Part shown: positions 1 through 9,055 of the stretch, one piece after another
How positions within the stretch are numbered: position 1 is the first letter of the stretch
How the letters are laid out: each line of letters starts with the position of its first letter
Origin: Candidatus Omnitrophota bacterium
Lineage (GTDB): Bacteria > Omnitrophota > Gorgyraeia > Gygaellales > Profunditerraquicolaceae
DNA: 64,000 nucleotides
Direction of reading: 5' to 3'
Assembly: GCA_026387405.1 (NCBI GenBank)
Contig: JAPLLV010000057.1
Location: forward strand, 1,503 to 65,502
Position numbers and translations under genes: made by a program
Notes under the pieces: model-generated
Database searches by the model: none
Seen by the model: only the letters and a program-made list of their open reading frames with translations
Told to the model about the DNA's origin: nothing

Positions 1-1
1 T

Positions 2-703
2 TGGCAGGATAACTCTAATAATGAGACTGGTTTTATTATTGAGCGCGGTATAGGATCTTCATCCCAATTCTTTTTTAAGATAGGCACCACATCCGCCAAT
101 GTTACTACCTACGTAGACTCTGGTGGTATCAACAGTACCTACTACTATCGTATCCGCGCCCAAAATACTTACGGATACTCCAGCTATTCCAATATAGTAA
201 GCGCAAAGACTGCTAGTGCGTCAAACTCGCCCCCCACAGTCGGCTCAGTTTCTCCTTCAAGTAGTTCTTGCACGGTCAATGGCTCCATTAATTTAACTAC
301 TACTTATTCCGATGCAGATGGCTGGCAGGATATTCAATCTGCCTATCTTCTTGTAAATACCTCGACCAATGGCTCAAACTGTTTTTACGGATATTACAAT
401 CGTAATACAAATCAGCTTTACTTGGGGAATGACGCTAATTCTACGTGGTTAGGAGGTTTTATCCCCGGTTCGGCAAATTCAATCGAAAATTCTTATGCCA
501 AGTTAGACTGTTCGCAGACAACCGTTTCAGGTTCTGGTACAACACTGACCATTAAGTGGAGTTTAATCTTAAAGGATGCATTTTTCGGCATTAGAAATAT
601 ATATTTATATGTAGCCGATAATTCGGGCGCTACCAATACCGGCGGTTTGGCCCAAAAAGGGGATGTGTGTATTTTTAAAACACCTATTGCGCCACCAAAC
701 TAA
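2..703 (+). CDS. 5'-truncated CDS (window edge): C-terminal part of a secreted Ser/Thr/Asn-rich protein with an Fn3-like module
   Basis: Frame 2 is open from nt 2 to the TAA at 701-703; the track only reports it from the first Met at 422. The translation contains ...YYYRIRAQNTYGYSSYSNIVSAKT..., typical of the last strands of a fibronectin-III-like domain. Product is otherwise unknown. Confidence 0.45.
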   Translation, partial: WQDNSNNETGFIIERGIGSSSQFFFKIGTTSANVTTYVDSGGINSTYYYRIRAQNTYGYSSYSNIVSAKTASASNSPPTVGSVSPSSSSCTVNGSINLTTTYSDADGWQDIQSAYLLVNTSTNGSNCFYGYYNRNTNQLYLGNDANSTWLGGFIPGSANSIENSYAKLDCSQTTVSGSGTTLTIKWSLILKDAFFGIRNIYLYVADNSGATNTGGLAQKGDVCIFKTPIAPPN

Positions 704-704
704 T

Positions 705-3700
705 ATGAAACGTAGACTCTTTAAGATACTTTCTATAGTTTTGATTTTTCTCCACTTGTGGATAGTGTGCTTGAGGGATTATAGTTTCGCTGCCAGCCAA
801 CAGGATTCTTCTCAGAATAGTTCGAATACAAACTCTACCAAATCGGAGAAGGCGCCGGCTGTTGACAAAGCAGTGTCTGCGAATTCTGCCAGTACGTCTG
901 CGGTCAGTATGAGTAGTTCTTCAGATTCAAGTATAGTTTTCCCACCAACTCCTTTTCAGGCCTCAAATTTCAATCATGTCCTTGATTCAGTTTCTCCGGA
1001 CATATTCACTGGCAGGGCGCAATTGAGCATTCCAATATCTATTCCTCGCGGGAAAAGAGATATCTCTCCCCAGTTAACAATAGCTTATCAAAGCGGCAAT
1101 GGTACTGGCGTTGTAGGGGTAGGATGGTCCCTCGACTTAGGATCAATTGCCCGTTCGACAAAAAAAGGCGTTCCCAAATATGATTCATCCGATATTTTTA
1201 TTGCGCAAGGCCAGGAATTAACGTCCATTGGTAATAGCGAATACAGAAGCCAGATAGAAGGCAGCTTTGTTAAATACGTATTTGACGGGACAACATGGCT
1301 TGCAGTAGATAAAACAGGAACTAAATATTATTTCGGTTCTACAGATGCCTCGCATGTTACAATTTCGAAAGGAACCTATTCCTGGGCATTGGATAAGATA
1401 ATGGATTTAAAAGGCAATTACCTTACGGTTACATATGACAAAAATGGGAATGAACTTTATCCTTCCAATATCTCCTATACAGCAAACGACTCCACCGGAT
1501 TACCGGCAGAATACCATATTACTTTTACCTATGAGAACAGGTTGGATACTTCAACTACTTATATTATCGGTGATTTAGTACAGTTGCTACGGAGGCTAAC
1601 AAAGATAGAAATCTCCTTTGGCAGCAATCTTATACACAAGTACGTATTCGAATATATACAAAGCCCATCTACCCAGAGAAGTCTTCTGAATAAAATTACC
1701 GAATATGGCGCAGATGGTACAACAGCGTCTCCGCCAATAATCTTTACTTACCGAACAAATACCGGCAGTTGGTCAACTGATCAGCAGAAGTGGCATGCTC
1801 CAGACGGAGATTTTATAACTTCTGGCATGGATCAAGGCAGGAGGCTGTACGATTTGAACGGTGATGGTATGGCTGATTTCGTTGTTGCATGCCACGATTG
1901 GACTCTAGCTTCCAACCGGCAACAACTGATTGAAACCTTTCTTGGTTCAAAGAACGGTTTTAGTGCTACGTCTAACTGGTTGACGGTTCCTGGGGGGTAT
2001 TTTACGTTTTATAATAGGAGTATGGGAGGTACAGGGTATTGGGATAATGGCCGGAGATTGGTAGATTTAACCGGAGATGGGATTCCCGAGCTGCTGGTGG
2101 CAAGTCCCCAGGAATGGGTAAAAGGCGGCCCCTATAAGGATACGTATGAATTTAAATATCCGACTAACTTAAATCCCCAATGGTCTGAGAGTACAAACTG
2201 GAATCTTCCTGAAGGATACTTTGTTTATAGAAATGTGGTTGATGATCCTAATAATCCTAATCCTCCTCCTTTCCCAATTGGTTGGGGGATACTCATCATT
2301 TACCAATTTGACGGTGGGATACGTTTCGCTGATTTAAACGGAGACGGTTTAAATGATTTATCTATCGCCTTAGATACACAACGCTCAGTTCCGCGCGATG
2401 TAAACACTTATATTAATACCGGAAGCGGATGGCAGCAGGATACTCGCTGGAATATTCCTGATGGTAACTACTATAGTACGGGATCAGGAGATGGCGGCGT
2501 ACGCCTGGTAGATGTTAATGGCGATGGGCTGGCCGATGTTTTAATTGCCCGCGATGGCAATAAAGCTACTTATTTAAATAATGGCTCCGGTTGGACAAGA
2601 AACGATGCCTACAATATACCAGATGGAGATTTTTGTGATGGGGGGAGAGACCAGGGAAGGATGCTCGTGGATATTAACGGCGACGGATTGCCAGATCTGG
2701 TTATTGCCCAAAATGGATACCATGCAGTTTATATAAATACGGGTTCCGGCTGGAAGCGAGACGATTCTTTTAACCTTCCTGATGGTGACTTTGTAGATGC
2801 AAATGGGAGTGATCAAGGCAGATACCTGGGAGATTTAGATGGTGACGGGGTAATTGATTCATTGGTAGCAAAAGACGGCTATAAAAAAGCCTACCTTAAC
2901 TTAACAGGTGTTCCAGATTTTCTCATCGGCGTTTCTAATGGTTTAGGCGGAAGTACTAATATCGAATATACCCCTTCAACAGCATACAATAATTACGGTG
3001 CTAATCAGACGGGAAGACTTCCTTTTGCGGTTCAGGCCGTTTCCAGGATAACAAGCAATGACGGACAGGGGAATTCATACGTAACGGCATATTCCTATAG
3101 CGGTGGTTATTATTACGCACCTGACCGGGATTACCGCGGCTTTAACTATGTTAAGGTTACCGATGCTACTGGTAATTACAAAGAAAGCTACTTTAAGCAG
3201 GATGACATCCTTAAAGGGAAACCTTATGAACAGGACACAAGCGATTCATCGGGAAAGCTTCTGGCGAAGACTGTAAATGTATGGCAAGCAACCCAGCTTT
3301 ATCAGGGCGTGAATTTCCCGTTTTTGGCAAAAACCGATAGTTTTATCTATGATGGCTCTAGCTATAAGCAGACCGAGACGCAATACCAATATGATAATTA
3401 TGGTAATACCACGACAGTTACTTCCTGCGGTGATATGAGTTTAACCGGTGATGAGAAATCACAAGTTACTGAATTCGTTTATGATGTTTCGGATTGGATA
3501 GTTGCTCTGCCAAAACACGCTAGTCTGTTAGATGCCCAGGGAAACAAGGTTTCGGAAAAATGGTTTTATTATGATTACCATGCTAATGTGGATGATTTAC
3601 CCACTCTGGGCTTATTAACCAAAGAAGAGAACTTGCTCTACAATCCCTTAACTATTCAATCGGCTAGAGTCTCTACTCAGTATACTTATGACCAGTACGG

Positions 3701-6700
3701 AAATCCTCTTTCGGTAACCGATGCTTTAGGCAGACAGGTTACTACAATGTACGATACGGTCTGTTACAGTTATCCGGTGAACCTGGCCAATGCTTTAACG
3801 CAGAACGTGGCTACGGTTTACTACGGAATAAATGAGCCTAATAATGACAGCGTTTCTGGTTTTGGTCTTGTAGGTCAGGTGAAATCCGTTCAGGATGTCA
3901 ATAATCAAAAAACTTACAACGTTTATGACGCCTTAGGCAGGCTTGTCAAGGTTATCGGGCCAAACGATACTGAAGTTAGTCCCGGTATAGTGTACGAATA
4001 TAATCTTACTCTTTCTCCCGTAAAAGTTACTAAGCGGGTTAAGATTAATTATGACGCACCTCTGCAGTATCTTTCTTCATTTCAATTCTCGGATGGCTTG
4101 AGCAGGATTGTAGAGGTTAAATCTCCCGCTCAAAGCGACATCCAAGGCCAAGCACGCCAGGTTGTCTCCGGCTTAGTAAAGTATGACTCTCGCGGCCAAG
4201 TAAAAGAAAAATATCTCCCTTATTTTGTTTCCGCTTCAGAAGATTTCGAGATTCCGGCATATGATACCCCCCACAATTCTTATGACTATGACGCCCTTGG
4301 CCGCTTAATCAAATCTACCAATCCGGACCTTTCCTATTCAACAATAAGCTATTCGCTTTGGAAAAGGACTGCAACCGATGAAAACGGCCATTCCATAACC
4401 GGGTATAGCGATGCCTATGGAAGAGTCATAAAGGTCCAGGAGCAAAACAACACGCAGATTTACAATACGAATTATCAATACGATACATTGGGTAACCTCA
4501 CGCAAGTTACCGATAACAAAAATAATATTACTCAGATGTGGTATGATTCGTTAGGCAGGAAATTAAAAATGAATGACCCTGATATGGGCATCTGTCTTTA
4601 TGCATATGATGATGTCGGCAACCTAGTTCAGCAGACAGATGCCAAGATCCAGGTTTTATCCTTTAATTATGATTCTTTGAATCGACTGACCACTAAGCTG
4701 GTTAACGGACAAACAATCGTTACTTATTCTTATGATGATTCTAGCAAGACATACTGCATGGGAAGGCTTTCCAATGTTTCTGACCAATCGGGTTCAACTG
4801 GTTTTTATTATGATAACTTAGGGAGGGAAATCAAGTCTGTTAAAACCGTTGATGGAGCTTCTTATGCCGTTGAGCGCACCTACGATGCCCTAGGCAGGAT
4901 CGTTACGTTAAAGTATCCCGACAATTCCATGGTTCAATATAGCTATAACCCTCAAGGGCTGTCCAGGGTTACCGATCTAACATCATCAGCCGATTACGTC
5001 TCTAACATTGATTATTCTGCAACAGGTCAGATAACTAGAATCCAATACGGTAATGGCACAGAAATCGACTATGCCTATGATCCGAATACCTTAAGGCTTT
5101 CTAATCTAATCACCCAATCTCCTTTCGGTAAGGTTCAGGATTTAAGCTATCAGTTTGATAAAATAGGCAACATAAGACAATTAAGCGATTACGTTAATAC
5201 CGCTACCCAATCTTTTTCCTATGATGATTTAAGTCGGCTTATCCAGGCAAGCGGATCGTACGGAACTTTTAGTTATACTTATGATTCAATCGGAAACATG
5301 CTTAGCAAAGAAGGCGTTAATTTAACTTACGGGAAAAACGGGGTATTGCCTCATGCGGTAACTAGATATGGTTCCACAGCTATTGATTATGACGCAAACG
5401 GTAACATGATCGCAAAAGGTAATTTGCAATTAACGTATGATGCTGAAAACCGCCTTATTAAGGCAGAAACTAAACCTAATGGGCAACAGACAGCAAGCGT
5501 TAATTTAACCTTAAATCCCGGGTGGAATTTCTTTTCTTTCCCGGTGGTGCCGGCTAATACGGCGGCATCTTCGGTTCTATCTTCTATAACAGGTAAATTT
5601 GTACAGGTTTCAAGGTATAATCCTTCTACTAAGAATTTCGAACATTATGTAGGGAACTCTAAATATGATCAATTTAGTACATTCGAATATGGCCGGGGTT
5701 ATCAGATTTTTATTTCTAGTTCTTCTCCGGTTACCTTAAGCGTTACCGGTACGCTTCCTTTAAGCCAATCATTAACGCTTAATTCAGGAGTTAATTTAAT
5801 TTTTGCGCCAAGCAATACAGAGTTGCCCGTTGAAAATGCTCTAAGTGGGCTAAAATTAGGAATCCACTATTCCAAAGTTTTATTCTATGATACGGCGCAA
5901 GGGGTATTCCAGGAGTATTCAGGAGTTAAGAAAGACTTTACCACCTTAAAACCGGGAGCAGCGTATTATCTTTACTGTTTAACTTCTTCTACCTGGACAA
6001 TTACTAATTCTTCACTATCATCAGATACCACGACTTTTGTCTACGATGGAGATGGGGAAAGGGTAAAGAAGACGAACACTTCTGGTTCGACCACTTACAT
6101 CGGATCTCTCTTTGAAAAAGACTATTCAGGCAAGACTACCAAATACATCTTTGCGGGCGCTAACCGTATCTGCACAGTGGATTCGACAGGGGAGAAATCT
6201 TTCTACCATTCGGATCATTTGGGTTCCTCTAACGTTATTACCGATTCCACGGGCAGGCAAACCGGCCTCACTGAGTTTACCCCATACGGTTCTGTTTCCA
6301 AGCAAACTGGATCCCATGGTCCCAAGTATAAGTTCACTGGCAAGGAGTTGGATAATACAGGGTTGTATTTCTACGGGGCAAGATATTACGACCCTACCAT
6401 AGGGCGTTTTATCACCGCGGATACGATAGTTCAAAGTCCTTACGACCCGCAAGCCCTGAATCGTTATTCGTATTGTCGAAATAACCCTATTAACTATACG
6501 GATCCTACCGGACATTCGTGGTGGAAAAAGTTTTGGGGGAAAGTGTCGGGATTCCTTGGTGCCGCTGTTGGAGTTGCTTTAGGGTTTATTAACCCATTCC
6601 TTGGAATGTTCGCTTATAGCGCTATTTCAGCCAGCGGGCAAGGTGGTAATTTTGGTCAAAACCTTGGAATCAATTTTGCTAGTAGTTTAGCAGGGTTTGT

Positions 6701-7436
6701 CGTAGGTACCGCAGCTTCGGGAATAGCTTCTAATATTTTTGGTGGGACTTTTTGGCCTGGCTTGGCAGGAGCTGCCTTAGGTGGCTCAGCGGGAGGCGCA
6801 GCCACCTCTGCGATGTTGGGAGGCAATGTCGGGATGGGAGCTTTGTCGGGATTGGCAGGCGGGACAATCGGATATATAGGCGGTTTTGTTTGGCCATTAG
6901 GAGGCGATGCGGTTGCAGGAGGTGTATCTTCTGTGGTTATGGGTGGAGATTTTGGGGAAGGTGCAGCACAAGGAGCTTACTATAATATGGCAGATACAGT
7001 TGGCGGAATACTTGGACCTATGCCAACATTAGGCGAACAAGATCCACAACCAGGCGATATCGCTTTTTTAAAGGCAAACAGTTCTCCTGGATGGGGTATT
7101 TCTTTGTTTGAAGGAGGACCGTTTTCGCATGTGGGGACGGTGACCGATAAAGGGTTAGCAAGTACTAACTTTGGGGAAGATTCTGGATATGTAGATCTGG
7201 GCAAATATAGTAATCGTGGTGCTTATGTTTCAACACGTTATCGTGGTAACCAATCAGTTATCAATGCTGCAATGGCTTTATCCAACCAATCTCCTAAAAT
7301 CCGATATGGATTCTTCTTCGGACAAAAAGTTTGTTCTACTATTACTGTCTCTGCCTTGAATAAAGGTGATAGGGGATGGTGGGGGATTGGACCTAATAGT
7401 CAATTTAATGTAATGAAAACCTATGGTGAGGAATAA
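705..7436 (+). CDS. Tc-toxin-like (TcB-TcC fusion type) RHS/YD-repeat polymorphic toxin with C-terminal variable cargo domain
   Basis: ATG at 705 follows the upstream stop; the N-terminus is a signal peptide (MKRRLFKILSIVLIFLHLWIVC). An SpvB/TcB-like motif is present (FTGRAQLSIPISIPRGKRDISPQLTIAYQSGNGTGVVGVGWSL). There are at least 6 FG-GAP/VCBS-like DxNGDGxxD propeller repeats. Many YD repeats follow (YSYDALGRL, YQYDTLGNLTQVTD, YDSLGRKL...). The RHS repeat-associated core is ...YFYGARYYDPTIGRFITADTIVQSPYDPQALNRYSYCRNNPINYTDPTGH. A ~310-aa non-repeat tail follows. Confidence 0.85.
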   Translation: MKRRLFKILSIVLIFLHLWIVCLRDYSFAASQQDSSQNSSNTNSTKSEKAPAVDKAVSANSASTSAVSMSSSSDSSIVFPPTPFQASNFNHVLDSVSPDIFTGRAQLSIPISIPRGKRDISPQLTIAYQSGNGTGVVGVGWSLDLGSIARSTKKGVPKYDSSDIFIAQGQELTSIGNSEYRSQIEGSFVKYVFDGTTWLAVDKTGTKYYFGSTDASHVTISKGTYSWALDKIMDLKGNYLTVTYDKNGNELYPSNISYTANDSTGLPAEYHITFTYENRLDTSTTYIIGDLVQLLRRLTKIEISFGSNLIHKYVFEYIQSPSTQRSLLNKITEYGADGTTASPPIIFTYRTNTGSWSTDQQKWHAPDGDFITSGMDQGRRLYDLNGDGMADFVVACHDWTLASNRQQLIETFLGSKNGFSATSNWLTVPGGYFTFYNRSMGGTGYWDNGRRLVDLTGDGIPELLVASPQEWVKGGPYKDTYEFKYPTNLNPQWSESTNWNLPEGYFVYRNVVDDPNNPNPPPFPIGWGILIIYQFDGGIRFADLNGDGLNDLSIALDTQRSVPRDVNTYINTGSGWQQDTRWNIPDGNYYSTGSGDGGVRLVDVNGDGLADVLIARDGNKATYLNNGSGWTRNDAYNIPDGDFCDGGRDQGRMLVDINGDGLPDLVIAQNGYHAVYINTGSGWKRDDSFNLPDGDFVDANGSDQGRYLGDLDGDGVIDSLVAKDGYKKAYLNLTGVPDFLIGVSNGLGGSTNIEYTPSTAYNNYGANQTGRLPFAVQAVSRITSNDGQGNSYVTAYSYSGGYYYAPDRDYRGFNYVKVTDATGNYKESYFKQDDILKGKPYEQDTSDSSGKLLAKTVNVWQATQLYQGVNFPFLAKTDSFIYDGSSYKQTETQYQYDNYGNTTTVTSCGDMSLTGDEKSQVTEFVYDVSDWIVALPKHASLLDAQGNKVSEKWFYYDYHANVDDLPTLGLLTKEENLLYNPLTIQSARVSTQYTYDQYGNPLSVTDALGRQVTTMYDTVCYSYPVNLANALTQNVATVYYGINEPNNDSVSGFGLVGQVKSVQDVNNQKTYNVYDALGRLVKVIGPNDTEVSPGIVYEYNLTLSPVKVTKRVKINYDAPLQYLSSFQFSDGLSRIVEVKSPAQSDIQGQARQVVSGLVKYDSRGQVKEKYLPYFVSASEDFEIPAYDTPHNSYDYDALGRLIKSTNPDLSYSTISYSLWKRTATDENGHSITGYSDAYGRVIKVQEQNNTQIYNTNYQYDTLGNLTQVTDNKNNITQMWYDSLGRKLKMNDPDMGICLYAYDDVGNLVQQTDAKIQVLSFNYDSLNRLTTKLVNGQTIVTYSYDDSSKTYCMGRLSNVSDQSGSTGFYYDNLGREIKSVKTVDGASYAVERTYDALGRIVTLKYPDNSMVQYSYNPQGLSRVTDLTSSADYVSNIDYSATGQITRIQYGNGTEIDYAYDPNTLRLSNLITQSPFGKVQDLSYQFDKIGNIRQLSDYVNTATQSFSYDDLSRLIQASGSYGTFSYTYDSIGNMLSKEGVNLTYGKNGVLPHAVTRYGSTAIDYDANGNMIAKGNLQLTYDAENRLIKAETKPNGQQTASVNLTLNPGWNFFSFPVVPANTAASSVLSSITGKFVQVSRYNPSTKNFEHYVGNSKYDQFSTFEYGRGYQIFISSSSPVTLSVTGTLPLSQSLTLNSGVNLIFAPSNTELPVENALSGLKLGIHYSKVLFYDTAQGVFQEYSGVKKDFTTLKPGAAYYLYCLTSSTWTITNSSLSSDTTTFVYDGDGERVKKTNTSGSTTYIGSLFEKDYSGKTTKYIFAGANRICTVDSTGEKSFYHSDHLGSSNVITDSTGRQTGLTEFTPYGSVSKQTGSHGPKYKFTGKELDNTGLYFYGARYYDPTIGRFITADTIVQSPYDPQALNRYSYCRNNPINYTDPTGHSWWKKFWGKVSGFLGAAVGVALGFINPFLGMFAYSAISASGQGGNFGQNLGINFASSLAGFVVGTAASGIASNIFGGTFWPGLAGAALGGSAGGAATSAMLGGNVGMGALSGLAGGTIGYIGGFVWPLGGDAVAGGVSSVVMGGDFGEGAAQGAYYNMADTVGGILGPMPTLGEQDPQPGDIAFLKANSSPGWGISLFEGGPFSHVGTVTDKGLASTNFGEDSGYVDLGKYSNRGAYVSTRYRGNQSVINAAMALSNQSPKIRYGFFFGQKVCSTITVSALNKGDRGWWGIGPNSQFNVMKTYGEE

Positions 7437-7440
7437 AATA

Positions 7441-7830
7441 ATGGCTCTAAAGGTAATAATTCCGATGATTATATCGTTGTCTTTACTGCTCTGTGGCTGC
7501 GTAACAACTAGTCAAGCTAAAATGCCAAATTATGAAGCTCGCAAATCTTATGTCGAGACGCATTCTGAGCTAGCGGTGGAAATAAAACAAGCCATACTTA
7601 AAGGTAAAGTGATAGAGGGCATGACTAAACAAGATGTATTAGTAGCTTGGGGTGAGCCAAGTAAAATACATAGATATAGCGAGCATAAAAGGCTTGTCGA
7701 TGAAACTGATGAGAATACTCATGATGAGAGCTGGCTTTACGATCAGCCTTTTTATTCCTTTGCGCCAAGGAAATTTGTTAGATTTGGTACCGATGGTATT
7801 GTCAATTATGTAAGCGTATATTATAATTAG
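7441..7830 (+). CDS. small lipoprotein, candidate immunity protein for the upstream RHS toxin
   Basis: ATG at 7441 lies 5 nt after the RHS stop. It has a lipoprotein signal with lipobox (MALKVIIPMIISLSLLLCGC). Position immediately 3' of an Rhs C-terminal tip is where immunity genes are found. No recognisable catalytic motif. Confidence 0.5.
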   Translation: MALKVIIPMIISLSLLLCGCVTTSQAKMPNYEARKSYVETHSELAVEIKQAILKGKVIEGMTKQDVLVAWGEPSKIHRYSEHKRLVDETDENTHDESWLYDQPFYSFAPRKFVRFGTDGIVNYVSVYYN

Positions 7831-7854
7831 CCAGTAACCTTTAATAAAGTCAAA

Positions 7855-8049
7855 ATGAGAAAAACTGAACTTTTGGTCTTTATAATTTTAATTCCTCTTT
7901 TGATTATCGGTTGTGCAACTACTCCTGAAGAAAAAGAATACCGAAAGAATAAAGAAATAGTGAATTCAGCAATTCAAGGAAGTAAACCAAAACCAGTTAT
8001 TAATTCAACAACAGCCGTTATATCCGAAACGATTCGAAGACAACACTGA
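7855..8049 (+). CDS. small lipoprotein (possible second/orphan immunity gene)
   Basis: Lipoprotein signal MRKTELLVFIILIPLLIIGCATT; 64 aa; same strand, immediately downstream. Confidence 0.35.
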   Translation: MRKTELLVFIILIPLLIIGCATTPEEKEYRKNKEIVNSAIQGSKPKPVINSTTAVISETIRRQH

Positions 8050-8364
8050 TAAGAAAATTAAGAATATAGTCTGTACAGCCTTTTACATGCTGATTATTTA
8101 TGCAAAAAGCACATCCCTTATTAACACGTATAAAATTCCTTGCAAATTTCCCTCAAATTTCTACCAAAACTGCCACCATGGTTAAGCTCTGAGTCATTCT
8201 GTTCGGTGGTGTAAAACGGCTCAAAGAGATGCGGAAGGTTCTTTGCCGGAAAACCGCAGCCAGCATCAGCTAAGTTTACTGGGGACGGGTTTACTGGAGA
8301 CGCGTCCTAAGGGGACAGGTTAGGCAAGAATAGCCTATTGAAAATAAAGAATTTAGAAGAGGAG

Positions 8365-8405
8365 TTGCGATAACAGGTTTGTAAGAAGTTATCGCAATTT
8401 TTTTT
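8365..8405 (+). terminator. Rho-independent terminator-like hairpin plus T-tract
   Basis: The stem ttgcgataac / gttatcgcaa (10 bp) with a 13-nt loop is followed by tttttttt. Confidence 0.45.
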
Positions 8406-8427
8406 ACAGCAGAGAGGCAGATTGACA

Positions 8428-8455
8428 TTGACAACGCGGAGTTTTAAGTTATAAT
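8428..8455 (+). promoter_or_regulatory. sigma70-type promoter, consensus -35 TTGACA / 16 bp / -10 TATAAT
   Basis: TTGACA at 8428-8433 and TATAAT at 8450-8455, about 140 nt upstream of the first gene of the pilus cluster (8594). A tandem TTGACATTGACA is present. Confidence 0.5.
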
Positions 8456-8593
8456 ACAATGAACTTTAAGCAAGTGGCGTCAGTGAGGTTTAAGGCAGGG
8501 AGTGCTAAGAAAACCCGGACGGCTATAAGCTTATACAATTAATTAACGCCGTCAGGCAGGGTTGTCTGCCGACAGGCAGAGAGGGAGGAAAAG

Positions 8594-9016
8594 ATGGGTC
8601 GGAGGTTGCTGGTTTGTGGGGTTCTTTGTTTTTTAGTTTTAGTTGCCGGTTGCGCTACGTCTAAAAAAGGAAATCTGTCTGGCCAGGAGCAGAATCTAAG
8701 TTCGGCTAATGCTACCGGTATAGACGCGACTGTTCCGGCTGGTCCAGCTGGTGCGGAGAGTCAAAATATTTCAACAGAGTCAAAAGCTACTGAAATGCCT
8801 AATGTTAGCCCAACCAAGAACGCAGGCGCTTTGACTAAAAAGGACATCCAGACCGCTTTAAAAAACGCCGGGTTTTATAACGGCCTCATTGATGGTAAGA
8901 TGGGTCATCACACCAGGAAAGCGATCAGAGAATTTCAGAAGGCGAACGGGTTAAAAGCGGATGGCGTTGCCGGCAAAAAGACCAAGTCTTTACTGGCAAA
9001 ATATCTGTCTAAATAG
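8594..9016 (+). CDS. lipoprotein with C-terminal peptidoglycan-binding (PG_binding_1-like) domain
   Basis: Lipobox LVLVAGCATS. C-terminal ...ALKNAGFYNGLIDGKMGHHTRKAIREFQKANGLKADGVAGKKTKSLL matches the PG-binding domain pattern. Confidence 0.65.
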   Translation: MGRRLLVCGVLCFLVLVAGCATSKKGNLSGQEQNLSSANATGIDATVPAGPAGAESQNISTESKATEMPNVSPTKNAGALTKKDIQTALKNAGFYNGLIDGKMGHHTRKAIREFQKANGLKADGVAGKKTKSLLAKYLSK

Positions 9017-9055
9017 ACCGCATACATCCGTAGGCTTATTTTAATTCAAAGCTAA

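Noticed and set aside
422-703. Track ORF 422-703 as an independent 93-aa gene
   Set aside because: The same frame is open back to nt 2, so this is the tail of a larger gene truncated by the window edge. It is annotated as a partial CDS at 2-703.
6112-7204. Small ORFs on both strands inside the RHS gene 3' region (6112-6402 +, 6126-6515 -, 6752-6985 +, 6980-7204 -)
   Set aside because: Embedded in a continuous, homology-supported RHS reading frame. The Gly/Ala-rich tail generates open alternative frames.
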